64,000 nucleotides of DNA from the NCBI GenBank assembly GCA_910579455.1, contig CAJTUT010000004.1, forward strand, positions 1,906 through 65,905. The letters are read 5' to 3'. Shown here piece after piece: positions 1-11,478 of this stretch. The DNA comes from an uncultured Bacilli bacterium. GTDB lineage: Bacteria; Bacillota_I; Bacilli_A; RF39; UBA660. The notes below the pieces were generated by a model. The model ran no database searches, had not been told where the DNA came from, and saw nothing but the letters and a program-made list of their open reading frames with translations. The position numbers and the translations under genes are program-made. Within the stretch, counting starts at the first letter, position 1. Each line of letters starts with the position of its first letter.

Positions 1-1
1 A

Positions 2-1707
<1,706 letters not shown>

Positions 1708-1729
1708 AAAATCAGTACTTTTTTATTTG

Positions 1730-2347
1730 TTAAAATTTTCGATATAGACCAACCGCTTTTCCTAAAATAGTAACCTCATGTAAAATGATAGGATCCATAG
1801 TATCATTTTCAGGTTGCAGTCTAATATATCCATCTTCTTTATAAAATGTTTTTACAGTGGCCTCATTATCTGCATTCATGGCGACAACAGTATCTCCATT
1901 TTTTGCTGTAGAGCATTTTTCTACAACTAAGATATCTCCATCATAAATTCCAACATTAATCATAGAGTCACCACTTACTGTTAATGTAAAAACTTCGTCT
2001 TTTGCACTAACGATATTAGCGGGTAGGGGAAAATATTCATTAGGAGTTTCAATAGCCTCAATAGGAGTACCAGCAGTAACTTTTCCAAGTAAAGGGACTT
2101 CAATAATATTATCGTCTTTTTCTAAATACTCATTAGGAACTAAAATTTCAATGGTTCTATTTTTGCTATTATCCTTTTTTATATAACCCTTTTCTTCTAA
2201 TTTTTTTAAGTGAAAGTGTATAGTAGCAGGAGAATGTAAATCAGCCTCTTTTCCAATTTCTCTGACAGTAGGGGGATATCCGTTTTTAGCACTTAGTTTT
2301 TTTAACACCTGTAATATATCTTTTTGTCGACTTGTCAACCTTTCCAT
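1730..2347 (-). CDS. lexA: LexA repressor
   Basis: N-terminal winged HTH (LTSRQKDILQVLKKL...GYPPTVREIG) and a C-terminal S24 peptidase domain (VSGDSM...K). The start was trimmed to the ATG at 2347, which follows GAGGAGG. The ORF-track TTG at 2362 would include the RBS. Confidence 0.92.
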   Translation of the reverse strand: MERLTSRQKDILQVLKKLSAKNGYPPTVREIGKEADLHSPATIHFHLKKLEEKGYIKKDNSKNRTIEILVPNEYLEKDDNIIEVPLLGKVTAGTPIEAIETPNEYFPLPANIVSAKDEVFTLTVSGDSMINVGIYDGDILVVEKCSTAKNGDTVVAMNADNEATVKTFYKEDGYIRLQPENDTMDPIILHEVTILGKAVGLYRKF

Positions 2348-2397
2348 AATATTCCTCCTCAATTAATATTAGTTTATCATTATATATGTAAAATGTC

Positions 2398-2409
2398 AAA
2401 CAAACGTTT
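2398..2409. promoter_or_regulatory. degenerate LexA (Cheo-type) box overlapping the lexA -35
   Basis: AAACAAACGTTT compared with the GAAC-N4-GTTC core. It abuts TTGACA on the minus strand (plus-strand tgtcaa at 2394-2399), with TAAACT 17 nt downstream. Confidence 0.4.
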
Positions 2410-2419
2410 TAAAAAAGCA

Positions 2420-2448
2420 TTGACACGAACAATTGTATGATATAAAAT
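2420..2448 (+). promoter_or_regulatory. promoter with embedded LexA-box-like CGAACAATTGTATG (2426-2439)
   Basis: TTGACA at 2420-2425 and an extended -10 TGaTATAAA/TAAAAT around 2438-2448. The left half-site CGAAC is perfect and the right half matches 3 of 5. It is divergent from lexA. Confidence 0.5.
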
Positions 2449-2475
2449 AAACTTATCAAAGAAAGGAGAGAGAAT

Positions 2476-2631
2476 ATGAAAAAAATAGTGAAGAAGGGAA
2501 TAGGGATCGCATTAGTTTATATAGTTGCTATTCTTTGTACCTTTTTAATTTCTAATAGAGTTAGCGAATTAGATAACAATTCAGATCTACGAAATAATAA
2601 TTCATCCATATCAATAAAATTCACACGATAG
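2476..2631 (+). CDS. 51-aa single-pass membrane protein divergent from lexA (candidate SOS-induced division inhibitor)
   Basis: Not in the ORF track because it is under 60 aa. RBS AAAGGAGAG lies 7 nt upstream of the ATG. Sequence: MKKIVKKGIGIALVYIVAILCTFLISNRVSELDNNSDLRNNNSSISIKFTR. One N-terminal TM helix. Confidence 0.55.
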   Translation: MKKIVKKGIGIALVYIVAILCTFLISNRVSELDNNSDLRNNNSSISIKFTR

Positions 2632-2668
2632 TTTATATGTATGATATAATAAATACTAGGTGATAAAA

Positions 2669-5299
2669 ATGAAAAAAGTAATACTAGTTGACGGAAATAA
2701 TTTATTATTTAGAAGTTATTATGCTACTGCTTATCAGGGAGTTATCATGAGAAATTCTAAAGGATTTCCAACAAACGCACTATATGGTTTTTTAAATATG
2801 ATGAATAAAATTATTCATGAGGAAAAACCAAACTATATTTTGGTAGCTTTTGATAAAGGAAAAACATTTAGACATGATCAATACTCTTCATATAAAGCTG
2901 GTCGTATAGAGATGCCTGATGATTTAAGATTACAATTTCCAAGGGCCAAAGAGATATTAGATGCTATGGGAATCTATCATTATGAGATAGAAAACTATGA
3001 AGCGGATGATATTATTGGAACGGTTAGTAAAATAGTAGATGAGGAAGACCAATTTATCGCAACTATTATTAGTAGTGATAAAGATTTATTACAATTAATT
3101 AGTGATGAAGTCGATGTAAAATTATTAAAATCCAATAGTTTTATTAGAATGGATAAGAAAGAATTTAAAAAACAATATAAAGTAGATCCTATTCATATGA
3201 TCGATTTGAAATCATTAATGGGTGATGCTAGTGATAACATTCCTGGAGTGAAAGGAATAGGAGAAAAAACAGCAATTAATTTGTTGAGTCAATATGAAAC
3301 ATTAGACAATCTATATCAAAATATTGATAATATAACAGGTAAAACAAAAGAAAAACTAGAAAATGACCGAGAAAATGCTTATATGAGTTATGATTTAGCG
3401 ACTATTTATCGTGAGGTCCAACTAGATTTCTCCCTAGAGGATTTAAAGTATCAAGGAATGAATAAGGATCAATATGTAAATTTATTAAAGGAATTCGAAT
3501 TTAACTCTTTATTAAAAAAAATAGACAGTGTCATAAATCCAGTAGTAATTGAATCATCAAAAAGGGAAATGAAAAAAATAGAAAAAAGAGATTTAATTAT
3601 AAAGGATATTAGAAATTTTAATATAAAAAAAGAATTTTCTTATTATATTGAGGTAGATAATACCAATTATAGTAAAAGTCAGATTATTGGAATTGGCCTA
3701 TACGATGGAGAAGCTGCCTACTATATTTATCCTGATGAATTGGAATATTATAAAAATATATTTTGTAGTATTCAAAATAAATTTACATATGATTTAAAAA
3801 AATCAATATTTTGTTTGAATCATCACAATATTAAGGTGAAAAATACTACATTTGATCTTATGATTGCAGCTTATCTTTTAAACTATACAGTAAAAGATGA
3901 TATTGCCTATCTAGCTCGAAAATTTAAATATGATATAGAATTATATGAAACTACTTATGGAACAGATAAGAAAAAAATAGAAGTAGAAAAGGAAATTTCT
4001 GCTAAAAGAGCTATGGAAAAGGCAAAATTTATTTATGAGGTAAAGGATTATATTTTAGAAGAATTAGAAAAAGAAGAGGAGCTTTCTTTATTTGAAAATA
4101 TCGAAATGCCCTTGTCTTCTGTTTTGGCAGATATGGAATTAACAGGAGTAAAGGTAGATGGGACATATTTAGATGAAATATCTACCAAATTAAAAAATGA
4201 TATGGATCAATTAACAGAAGCGATTTATCAAGATGCGGGATGTGAGTTTAATATTATGTCACCAAAGCAATTAAGTGATATTTTATTTGAAAAACTAGAA
4301 ATAAAATATCCAAAGCGTATAAAAAATAATAAATATTCGACTAGTAAAGATATTTTAGATAAAATTATAGACTCTCATCCCATTGTTTCTAAAATCCTGG
4401 ATTATAGAACAGTATCCAAACTATATACCAACTATGCAGTTGGTTTGAAAAATGAGATTAGAGAGGATGGAAGAATCCATACAGTATTTACTCAAACATT
4501 GACCAGAACAGGAAGACTATCTAGCATTTGTCCTAATTTACAAAATATTCCAGCAAGTGAAGAATATTCTAAGTTAATTAGAAGTGCCTTTATTCCAGAT
4601 GATAATTCTGTTATCTTATCTAGTGATTATTCACAAGTAGAGCTTAGAATTTTTGCTTCCATGTCAAATGCCACCAATTTGATTGATGCTTTTAAGAAAG
4701 GAATTGATATTCATACGAAAACGGCAAGTGATATTTATCATGTAGAATTAGATGAAGTAACAAAAGAGATGCGAAGAACTGCGAAAGCTGTAAATTTTGG
4801 AATCTTATATGGAATCAGTAGTTTTGGGCTTTCAGAAGATTTGGGAATTGATATTAAGACCGCAAAACAATTTATTAACAATTATTTAAATACCTATCCA
4901 GGAATTACAGAGTATATGGAACAAGAAAAAAAGCAGGCTTATGAATTAGGGTATGTAAAAACATTGATGAATAGAAAGAGAATAATAGACGAATTGAAAA
5001 GCAAAAGTTACTTAATTAGAAGTGGTGGGGAGCGAATAGCACTAAATACTCCAATTCAAGGAACTGCTGCTGATATTTTAAAGAAAGCAATGATAGAAAT
5101 ATATGATAAATTCAGTGAATTAGGATTAAAAAGTAAGATGATAATACAAGTACATGATGAATTGGTGTTTAATGTAGTTGATGAAGAATTGGAACAGGTG
5201 AAGAAAATTGTGAAAGATATTATGGAAAATACTTATCAATTAAATGTTCCGCTAAAGGCGGAAATAGAGTACGGAAAAAATTGGTATGAGGCTAAATAG
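2669..5299 (+). CDS. polA: DNA polymerase I
   Basis: 5'-nuclease N-terminus (VILVDGNNLLFRSYYA), a central 3'-5' exonuclease-like region and a family A polymerase C-terminus (DYSQVELRIFA, QVHDELVF). The start is taken at the ATG at 2669, after AGGTGA. Confidence 0.95.
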   Translation: MKKVILVDGNNLLFRSYYATAYQGVIMRNSKGFPTNALYGFLNMMNKIIHEEKPNYILVAFDKGKTFRHDQYSSYKAGRIEMPDDLRLQFPRAKEILDAMGIYHYEIENYEADDIIGTVSKIVDEEDQFIATIISSDKDLLQLISDEVDVKLLKSNSFIRMDKKEFKKQYKVDPIHMIDLKSLMGDASDNIPGVKGIGEKTAINLLSQYETLDNLYQNIDNITGKTKEKLENDRENAYMSYDLATIYREVQLDFSLEDLKYQGMNKDQYVNLLKEFEFNSLLKKIDSVINPVVIESSKREMKKIEKRDLIIKDIRNFNIKKEFSYYIEVDNTNYSKSQIIGIGLYDGEAAYYIYPDELEYYKNIFCSIQNKFTYDLKKSIFCLNHHNIKVKNTTFDLMIAAYLLNYTVKDDIAYLARKFKYDIELYETTYGTDKKKIEVEKEISAKRAMEKAKFIYEVKDYILEELEKEEELSLFENIEMPLSSVLADMELTGVKVDGTYLDEISTKLKNDMDQLTEAIYQDAGCEFNIMSPKQLSDILFEKLEIKYPKRIKNNKYSTSKDILDKIIDSHPIVSKILDYRTVSKLYTNYAVGLKNEIREDGRIHTVFTQTLTRTGRLSSICPNLQNIPASEEYSKLIRSAFIPDDNSVILSSDYSQVELRIFASMSNATNLIDAFKKGIDIHTKTASDIYHVELDEVTKEMRRTAKAVNFGILYGISSFGLSEDLGIDIKTAKQFINNYLNTYPGITEYMEQEKKQAYELGYVKTLMNRKRIIDELKSKSYLIRSGGERIALNTPIQGTAADILKKAMIEIYDKFSELGLKSKMIIQVHDELVFNVVDEELEQVKKIVKDIMENTYQLNVPLKAEIEYGKNWYEAK

Positions 5300-5310
5300 G
5301 GAGTGATAAG

Positions 5311-6132
5311 ATGCCAGAAAAACCAGAGGTATTAACTGTAGTAGGGGCATTAAAAAGTAAAATTATAGGGAAAAAGATAATAAAAACAGAAGTTTTCTGG
5401 AATAATATAATTGTAAATCCATCCGTAGAAAAATTTAAGGATAAAATTAAAAACCAAATTATAGAAAAAATTGATACGAGAGGGAAATGGATTCTTATTC
5501 ACTTAACCAAAAATATCTTGGCAATCCATTTGCGAATGGAAGGGAAATTCTTTTTTAGAAATCAAAATGATGAAATAAAAAGGCATGAGCATGTAATCTT
5601 CACTTTTGATGATTTTACTCAAATGAGATTTCATGATGTTAGAAAATTTGGTAAAATGCACCTATTATCTAAAGAAAATTATTTGAAAGAAGAGCCCCTA
5701 AAAAATATGGGATATGAATATAATGATTATAATTTAGATGAAAACTATTTATATCATAAATTACAAAACAAAAAAATTCCAATTAAAACAAGTTTACTAG
5801 ATCAAAGTATTATCGCAGGAATTGGAAACATATATGATGATGAAATATTATTTATGAGTGGGATTTCTCCATTAAGGGAATCCAATCGAGTTACAAAATT
5901 TGAATGTAAAAAAATTATAAAAAATACTAATATAGTGTTAGAAAAAGCCATAAAATTGGGAGGTACTACGATTAAAAGTTTTACATCTAGTGAGGGCGTG
6001 CATGGACTCTTCCAAAATGAATTATTGATTCATGGTAAGAAAAATGGAGTTTGCCCAAATTGTAATAATTCGGTTCAGAAAATAAAGATAAATGGTAGAG
6101 GAACTTACTATTGTAATAAGTGTCAAAAGTAG
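5311..6132 (+). CDS. mutM: formamidopyrimidine-DNA glycosylase
   Basis: N-terminal MPEKPEV catalytic proline, an H2TH region and a C-terminal CxxC...CxxC zinc finger. Confidence 0.92.
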   Translation: MPEKPEVLTVVGALKSKIIGKKIIKTEVFWNNIIVNPSVEKFKDKIKNQIIEKIDTRGKWILIHLTKNILAIHLRMEGKFFFRNQNDEIKRHEHVIFTFDDFTQMRFHDVRKFGKMHLLSKENYLKEEPLKNMGYEYNDYNLDENYLYHKLQNKKIPIKTSLLDQSIIAGIGNIYDDEILFMSGISPLRESNRVTKFECKKIIKNTNIVLEKAIKLGGTTIKSFTSSEGVHGLFQNELLIHGKKNGVCPNCNNSVQKIKINGRGTYYCNKCQK

Positions 6133-6206
6133 TAAAAACGATTGATTTTTATGAATAACTATGCTAATATGTAGAGGTTGATATTAAAAGGAGAGATGAG
6201 AAGTCT

Positions 6207-7619
6207 ATGAAAAAAACAAAAATAGTTTGTAGCATTGGTCCATCTAGTAATGATGTGGATGTAATGGAGCAAATGGTAATAGCAGGAATGAATGTTGCTA
6301 GAATTAATTTTACTCATGCTACTTTAGAGGAGAGAAAAAAAGCTACTGATTCTGTTCGTGAAGTTAGAAAAAGAACAGGACAGTCTGTTGCCATTTTATG
6401 GGATACAAAAGGTCCTGAATTTCGTAATGGAGTTTTTGAAAATGATAGTGTGGAATTAATCCCTGGTCAAACGATTCGCATTGTAAAGGAAAATGTGGTC
6501 GGTAATCAGGAAAGATTTAGTGTAAATCATCCTGAAGCACTTGATTCTTTACGTGTTGGAGATATTATTTTGCTTGAAAATGCTAAAATGAAATTAGAAG
6601 TAATAAGTATAGAATCAGATGGTGTAACTTGTAAAATTATTTATGGTGGAATTTTAGGAAATCGAAAAAGTATGAGTGTTCCTGGAATTAAATTAAATAT
6701 CCCCTATGTTAGTGATTTAGATAGAGAAGATATTAAATATGCCTGTGAACATGGAGGAGAATTTTTAGCTATTTCTTTTGTCTCTAGTAAAGAGGATGTC
6801 CTAGAAGTAAAGGAAATTATTAAACAACATCATCGCGAAGACTTAAAAATTATTTGTAAAATTGAGAGTCAACTTGGAATTGATAATCTAAGAGAAATTT
6901 TAGAAGTCTCAGATGGAGTAATGATTGGTCGTGGAGATTTAGGTGCTGAGATACCAAGCGAAGAAGTACCTCATGCTCAAAAGAATATGATAAAAATTTG
7001 CCGTGAAATGGGTAAAGTTGTTATTACAGCGACTGAAATGCTTGAAACGATGATGGAAAATAGCCGTCCTAAAAGAGCAGAAACATCAGATATTGCGAAT
7101 GCTGTATTGGATGGTACAGATGCTGTTATGTTAAGTGGGGAAACTACTATTGGAAAACATCCAATAGAAACGGTAAAAGCAATGGCAGATATTTGCGAAG
7201 TCGCAGAAAAATATGCTGAGTTTGACTATACCTCAAATATCAAATTTGTTGAAGATATTCCAACTTCAATTGCCGAAAATGTAGTAGCGAGTGCAAATCG
7301 TTTAAATGCTAAATTAATTTGTGCAGCGACCATTAGTGGTACAACAGCAAGAATTATTAGTAACTTAAAACCAAAGGCACCAATTTTAGCACTTTGTCCG
7401 GATGAAAAAACGGGACGTAGATTAGCTCTTAATTGGGGAGTTTATCCAATTGATTTAAGAGTATGTAATTCTACTGATGAGGTATTGGAACTAAGTGTAG
7501 AGAGGGCAAAAGAATTTATTACACTAAATCAGGGCGATAAAGTAGTGGTAACAGGAGGTTTTCCTAATACCGATGAAAATAGAACAACAAATTTAATGAA
7601 AATAGAGATTATAGACTAA
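6207..7619 (+). CDS. pyk: pyruvate kinase
   Basis: 470 aa with MKKTKIVCSIGPSS, NFTHA and MIGRGDLG motifs. There is no PEP-utiliser extension. Confidence 0.95.
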   Translation: MKKTKIVCSIGPSSNDVDVMEQMVIAGMNVARINFTHATLEERKKATDSVREVRKRTGQSVAILWDTKGPEFRNGVFENDSVELIPGQTIRIVKENVVGNQERFSVNHPEALDSLRVGDIILLENAKMKLEVISIESDGVTCKIIYGGILGNRKSMSVPGIKLNIPYVSDLDREDIKYACEHGGEFLAISFVSSKEDVLEVKEIIKQHHREDLKIICKIESQLGIDNLREILEVSDGVMIGRGDLGAEIPSEEVPHAQKNMIKICREMGKVVITATEMLETMMENSRPKRAETSDIANAVLDGTDAVMLSGETTIGKHPIETVKAMADICEVAEKYAEFDYTSNIKFVEDIPTSIAENVVASANRLNAKLICAATISGTTARIISNLKPKAPILALCPDEKTGRRLALNWGVYPIDLRVCNSTDEVLELSVERAKEFITLNQGDKVVVTGGFPNTDENRTTNLMKIEIID

Positions 7620-7643
7620 AAATAGGGTAGCCCCTATTTTTTT
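7620..7643 (+). terminator. rho-independent terminator of pyk
   Basis: ATAGGG-loop-CCCTAT hairpin followed by a T6 run. Confidence 0.7.
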
Positions 7644-7907
7644 AATATATTAAGGAGTGTATATGATGAAGTACAACAAAAAAATGGAAGTAGATTAAAT
7701 GTGGTTTTACAACAATGAACTCAAGAACTATCAAGAATTTTAATAGGAAAGGGCGAATTACCACAGAAAGGACGTTCCATTTCATATAATTTTTTAAGTC
7801 TTAATAAATTTGAGGAACTTAGGTTGTCATTGATAACGAAGTTTGGAATAGGATTCAGTTTGTGATATTGACTGTATTGGTAAACATAGATTTTTTCACA
7901 ATATTGA

Positions 7908-7936
7908 AAAACAGGAAGATATATGTTAAAATAGCT
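7908..7936 (+). promoter_or_regulatory. sigma-A-type promoter upstream of the pilin-like gene
   Basis: TTGAAA, a 17-nt spacer, then TAAAAT. Coordinates are approximate and were read by eye. Confidence 0.4.
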
Positions 7937-7958
7937 TTATAGAATAGGAGATTACAGT

Positions 7959-9959
7959 ATGAAGAAAAAAGGATTTACGATGGTAGAGTTGCTAGCAGTA
8001 GTAGTAATATTAGGAATCATAGGAACAATAGGAGTAGTAGGAGTAACAAAAATCATTAAATCATCTCACGAAAGGCATAATATAGCTCAAGCAAAACTAT
8101 TTGTATCAGGGGCACAAATGTATTTTACAGACAATAAAAGTAAACTACCAACTAAGACATTTACAAGTAAGGAAATATCCTTAAAAGAGCTACAGGAGAA
8201 AAACTACATAGAAAAAATAGTAGATTATAAAAAGGATGAATATGATAAGGAGAAAAGTTATGCATATGTAACGAAAATGGGGACAGGAAAATATGCATAT
8301 GATGGGGAATTATTAACGAAAGAGGGAGAAAGAACAAAATATAAACCACAGAGTAATGATAATGGAAAAGTGACCTTCTATATAGGAAATCAAAACTTTA
8401 CGAATCGAACTGTATATACAAATGCAAAAAGTAATAAAGTGGTAAAAGTGCTAATTGAAGATCCAGATACGATAGCGGGATATATTATTACATTGTATAA
8501 GGGTGGAAAAGAATTAAGAGAACTAGAATATAAAGAAATAGGAAACCAGACGCAAGTAGAAACAAAAATCACTATTCGACCAGAGGAATATCCGGATGGA
8601 CAGTATAGGATACAAGTAAAGGTAGTAGATATCTACAATAACCAAAAGACAGCAAAATCAGGAACACTAATAGTAGATACAATTGCCCCACAATGTGAAA
8701 CAATCCTTAAAGGAACTAATGGCAAAAACAATTGGTATATAAGTAATGTAGAGACTAAAGCAGAATGTACAGATTTAGATGAAAAAGGAAATAAGAAGAA
8801 TGTAAGTGGATGTGCAAGCAAAGTACTATTAACAACAACAGGAGCGACAGAAAATGTAGAAAACAAGGAAGTAGGGGAATGGAAAATTCAAAAAAATGGG
8901 GTATCATATTTAACCTATAAGGTATCCGATAGAGCAGGAAATGAGACAGTATGTAAAACTACTGAAGTAAAAAAGGATACAGAAAAACCAACCTGTACAT
9001 CCGTTGCTGCAGGACCAGATGCAGTTGATGCAAATGGATATGTTGAATGGACTAATAATAATAGGAATATCACAGGATCTTGCTCAGATAATATTAGTGG
9101 ATGTGTAGTAGAAAATGTCATGAAAATAATCGATACCAGTGCCGAAAAAGCCTCCCCCGGGATAGTTGTTGATAATGCAGGGAATGAAACAAATTGTGGC
9201 GACATTAATGTATATATAGATAAAGGAGTACCAAGATGGAAACCAGATTGTGCAGGAAATCCAAATTGTAATGGAAATGGAATAACTAGTCTTCACAATG
9301 GTCAATGGTTTAATCAAAAACAGTATGAAAATAGTGGAAATAATGGATATAGAATGGGACAATATTACGATCCATCAATTTCTGGGATAAAGGCGATTAA
9401 AAGATATAGGCAAAACAGTTTAGGATTATGGGATTATTTAGATGAGGTTATCTATCCTGGACCAGGAGTAAATGCAAATTTTACGAATAATTATCGCAAA
9501 ACAAATTATTACTATGATGATCAAAATAATAATATAGGATTTCAAATAGTAAACAGGGCAAATTCTACATCTGAAATTTCATCTGTATCTATTAAAATTG
9601 ATAAGGTAGCACCTACAATTGATGGCTTTAATATAGGGGGAAATGGATCTCATAGTGTAAATTGTAGTGATTCCTTGTCGGGAGTAAAAAAACTAGTAAA
9701 ATATAGTACAACACCAGGATGGGTAACAGGGATAGAGATAGATGAGGGTACAGGGGAACCTTGGATGCAAACGACAGCTATATGGGATGCTACAGGTGTA
9801 AAAAATCCTGCATTTGCATGTAAAGATGCAGCTGGAAATAGTTCTACAGCCTCTTATCCTGCTAAATGTACTTCATGTTCAGATGGCTCTGGAAAAGATC
9901 CAAATTGGAAAAACTGCCATAATCATGGTTTAAGTATAAATTGTTCATCCGGACATTAA
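7959..9959 (+). CDS. type IV pilin-like protein with a large cysteine-rich C-terminal extension (modular pilin)
   Basis: Class III signal MKKKG|FTMVELLAVVVILGIIG with Glu at +5. About 600 aa follow, with repeated D..AP.C ... SGC ... D.AGNET.C Ig-like modules and about 19 Cys by my count. Confidence 0.8.
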   Translation: MKKKGFTMVELLAVVVILGIIGTIGVVGVTKIIKSSHERHNIAQAKLFVSGAQMYFTDNKSKLPTKTFTSKEISLKELQEKNYIEKIVDYKKDEYDKEKSYAYVTKMGTGKYAYDGELLTKEGERTKYKPQSNDNGKVTFYIGNQNFTNRTVYTNAKSNKVVKVLIEDPDTIAGYIITLYKGGKELRELEYKEIGNQTQVETKITIRPEEYPDGQYRIQVKVVDIYNNQKTAKSGTLIVDTIAPQCETILKGTNGKNNWYISNVETKAECTDLDEKGNKKNVSGCASKVLLTTTGATENVENKEVGEWKIQKNGVSYLTYKVSDRAGNETVCKTTEVKKDTEKPTCTSVAAGPDAVDANGYVEWTNNNRNITGSCSDNISGCVVENVMKIIDTSAEKASPGIVVDNAGNETNCGDINVYIDKGVPRWKPDCAGNPNCNGNGITSLHNGQWFNQKQYENSGNNGYRMGQYYDPSISGIKAIKRYRQNSLGLWDYLDEVIYPGPGVNANFTNNYRKTNYYYDDQNNNIGFQIVNRANSTSEISSVSIKIDKVAPTIDGFNIGGNGSHSVNCSDSLSGVKKLVKYSTTPGWVTGIEIDEGTGEPWMQTTAIWDATGVKNPAFACKDAAGNSSTASYPAKCTSCSDGSGKDPNWKNCHNHGLSINCSSGH

Positions 9960-10160
9960 TTATATAAAAACAGTTGAATATTAGTGTCCAACAATTCCCT
10001 ACTAAATAAAAAGATGAATCAAGAGGTATTTAAGACCTACTTAATACATTCGTTGTTATACCAATAAATATATTGAGTCTGTAAATTAAAAATTTTTCCA
10101 TGATAAAATAAAAGAAATAGGGAGATTCTTATATATTGGAGCATTTAAATCTAGAAAGAG

Positions 10161-10193
10161 AATTGGGATGTCATTTCCCAATTTTATTTTTTT
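10161..10193 (+). terminator. rho-independent terminator (probably of the pilin-like gene, with a long 3' UTR)
   Basis: AATTGGGA-7 nt-TCCCAATT hairpin followed by a T-rich run. Confidence 0.55.
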
Positions 10194-10338
10194 AGAAAAC
10201 TATGGACTTTTAATAGTTAGCCTTTCTTTTATCTATTTTGGGTATACACTCCTTATCTCATCACCAAATTTATCAATAAAGGATTTTCTTTCCCTAAAAA
10301 ATATGTTAAAATGATAACTACTAATAAGAGGTGATAAA

Positions 10339-11478
10339 ATGGCAATTGGTATTATAGCAGAATATAATCCATTTCATAACGGACATATGTATCATTTAAA
10401 TCAAATTAAAGAAGAATATCCGGAAGAAGAAATTGTTTTAGTATTAAGCGGTAATTATACTCAACGTGGAGAACCATCTATTATTGATAAATGGAAAAAA
10501 TCTGAAATTGCGTTAAAAGCGGGAATTGATTTAGTAGTAGAACTCCCTTTTGTATTTTCAACCCAATCTGCAGATTTCTTTAGTTATGGTGCTCTTTCTA
10601 TTTTAGAATTTCTAAAAGTAGACAAATTTGTCTTTGGTAGTGAAACCAATAGTATTGATCATTTAACAACCATTGCTAAGTGCCAAATTGAAAATACAGA
10701 ATTCAACCAATTAGTAAAAATATATTCTAAATTAGGAGAGAATTATCCTACTGCTTTATCAAAAGCAGTATATGATTTAACTGGAAAAAAAGTGAACACT
10801 CCAAATGATTTATTAGGTGTAAGTTATATTAAAACAATTGTAGAAAATAACTTTTTAATTCAGCCTATTTGTATTAAAAGGACAAGCAACTATCATGGTC
10901 AAACTACAACTAAAATTTGTAGTGCCACCGCCGTTCGAGAGGCATTAAAAAATAACGAAAATATTATAGAGTCGGTTCCCAAATTTGTAATTCCATATTT
11001 AAATAACCTTCATTTTAAAGATGATTATTTTGACTTATTAAAATACAAAATTATTACAGACGAGAATTTAAGTCGGTATCAAACCGTCGATGAGGGAATT
11101 GACCGAAAATTAAAAAAAATAATTCATGAGTGCTTTTCCTATGAAGAATTGATAGATAAAATAAAAACAAAACGGTATACTTATAATAAGATTTCTAGAA
11201 TGCTTTTACATATCCTAGTTGGTTTTACCAAGGAAGAGGCAAAAGACATGAAACAAATAGAATATATTCGAATTTTAGGATTTAATTTGCATGGAAGACA
11301 GTATTTAAATCACATTAAAAAGGAAATCAAAATTCCACTTCTTGCTAAATTTAAAAAGAAATATTCTAAAATGCTAGATTTGGAATTTAGGACCACCAAT
11401 ATATATAGTTTAGGAAAGCAACAAAATCTATTACAATATGAATATAAAAATCATTTAAGAAAGAAGGAAAAAATATGA
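10339..11478 (+). CDS. tmcAL: tRNA(Met) cytidine acetate ligase (UPF0348/YlbM family nucleotidyltransferase)
   Basis: N-terminal GIIAEYNPFHNGHMYHL HIGH-like motif. Length is about 380 aa. Confidence 0.85.
   Translation: MAIGIIAEYNPFHNGHMYHLNQIKEEYPEEEIVLVLSGNYTQRGEPSIIDKWKKSEIALKAGIDLVVELPFVFSTQSADFFSYGALSILEFLKVDKFVFGSETNSIDHLTTIAKCQIENTEFNQLVKIYSKLGENYPTALSKAVYDLTGKKVNTPNDLLGVSYIKTIVENNFLIQPICIKRTSNYHGQTTTKICSATAVREALKNNENIIESVPKFVIPYLNNLHFKDDYFDLLKYKIITDENLSRYQTVDEGIDRKLKKIIHECFSYEELIDKIKTKRYTYNKISRMLLHILVGFTKEEAKDMKQIEYIRILGFNLHGRQYLNHIKKEIKIPLLAKFKKKYSKMLDLEFRTTNIYSLGKQQNLLQYEYKNHLRKKEKI

Noticed and set aside
7651-10260. 13-nt inverted match TAAGGAGTGTATA flanking the 666-aa pilin gene (7651-7663 on the plus strand and about 10245-10257 on the minus strand). 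I considered it as possible insertion boundaries.
   Set aside because: A 13-mer match is expected by chance many times in 64 kb of AT-rich DNA when both strands are compared. The similarity does not extend further.
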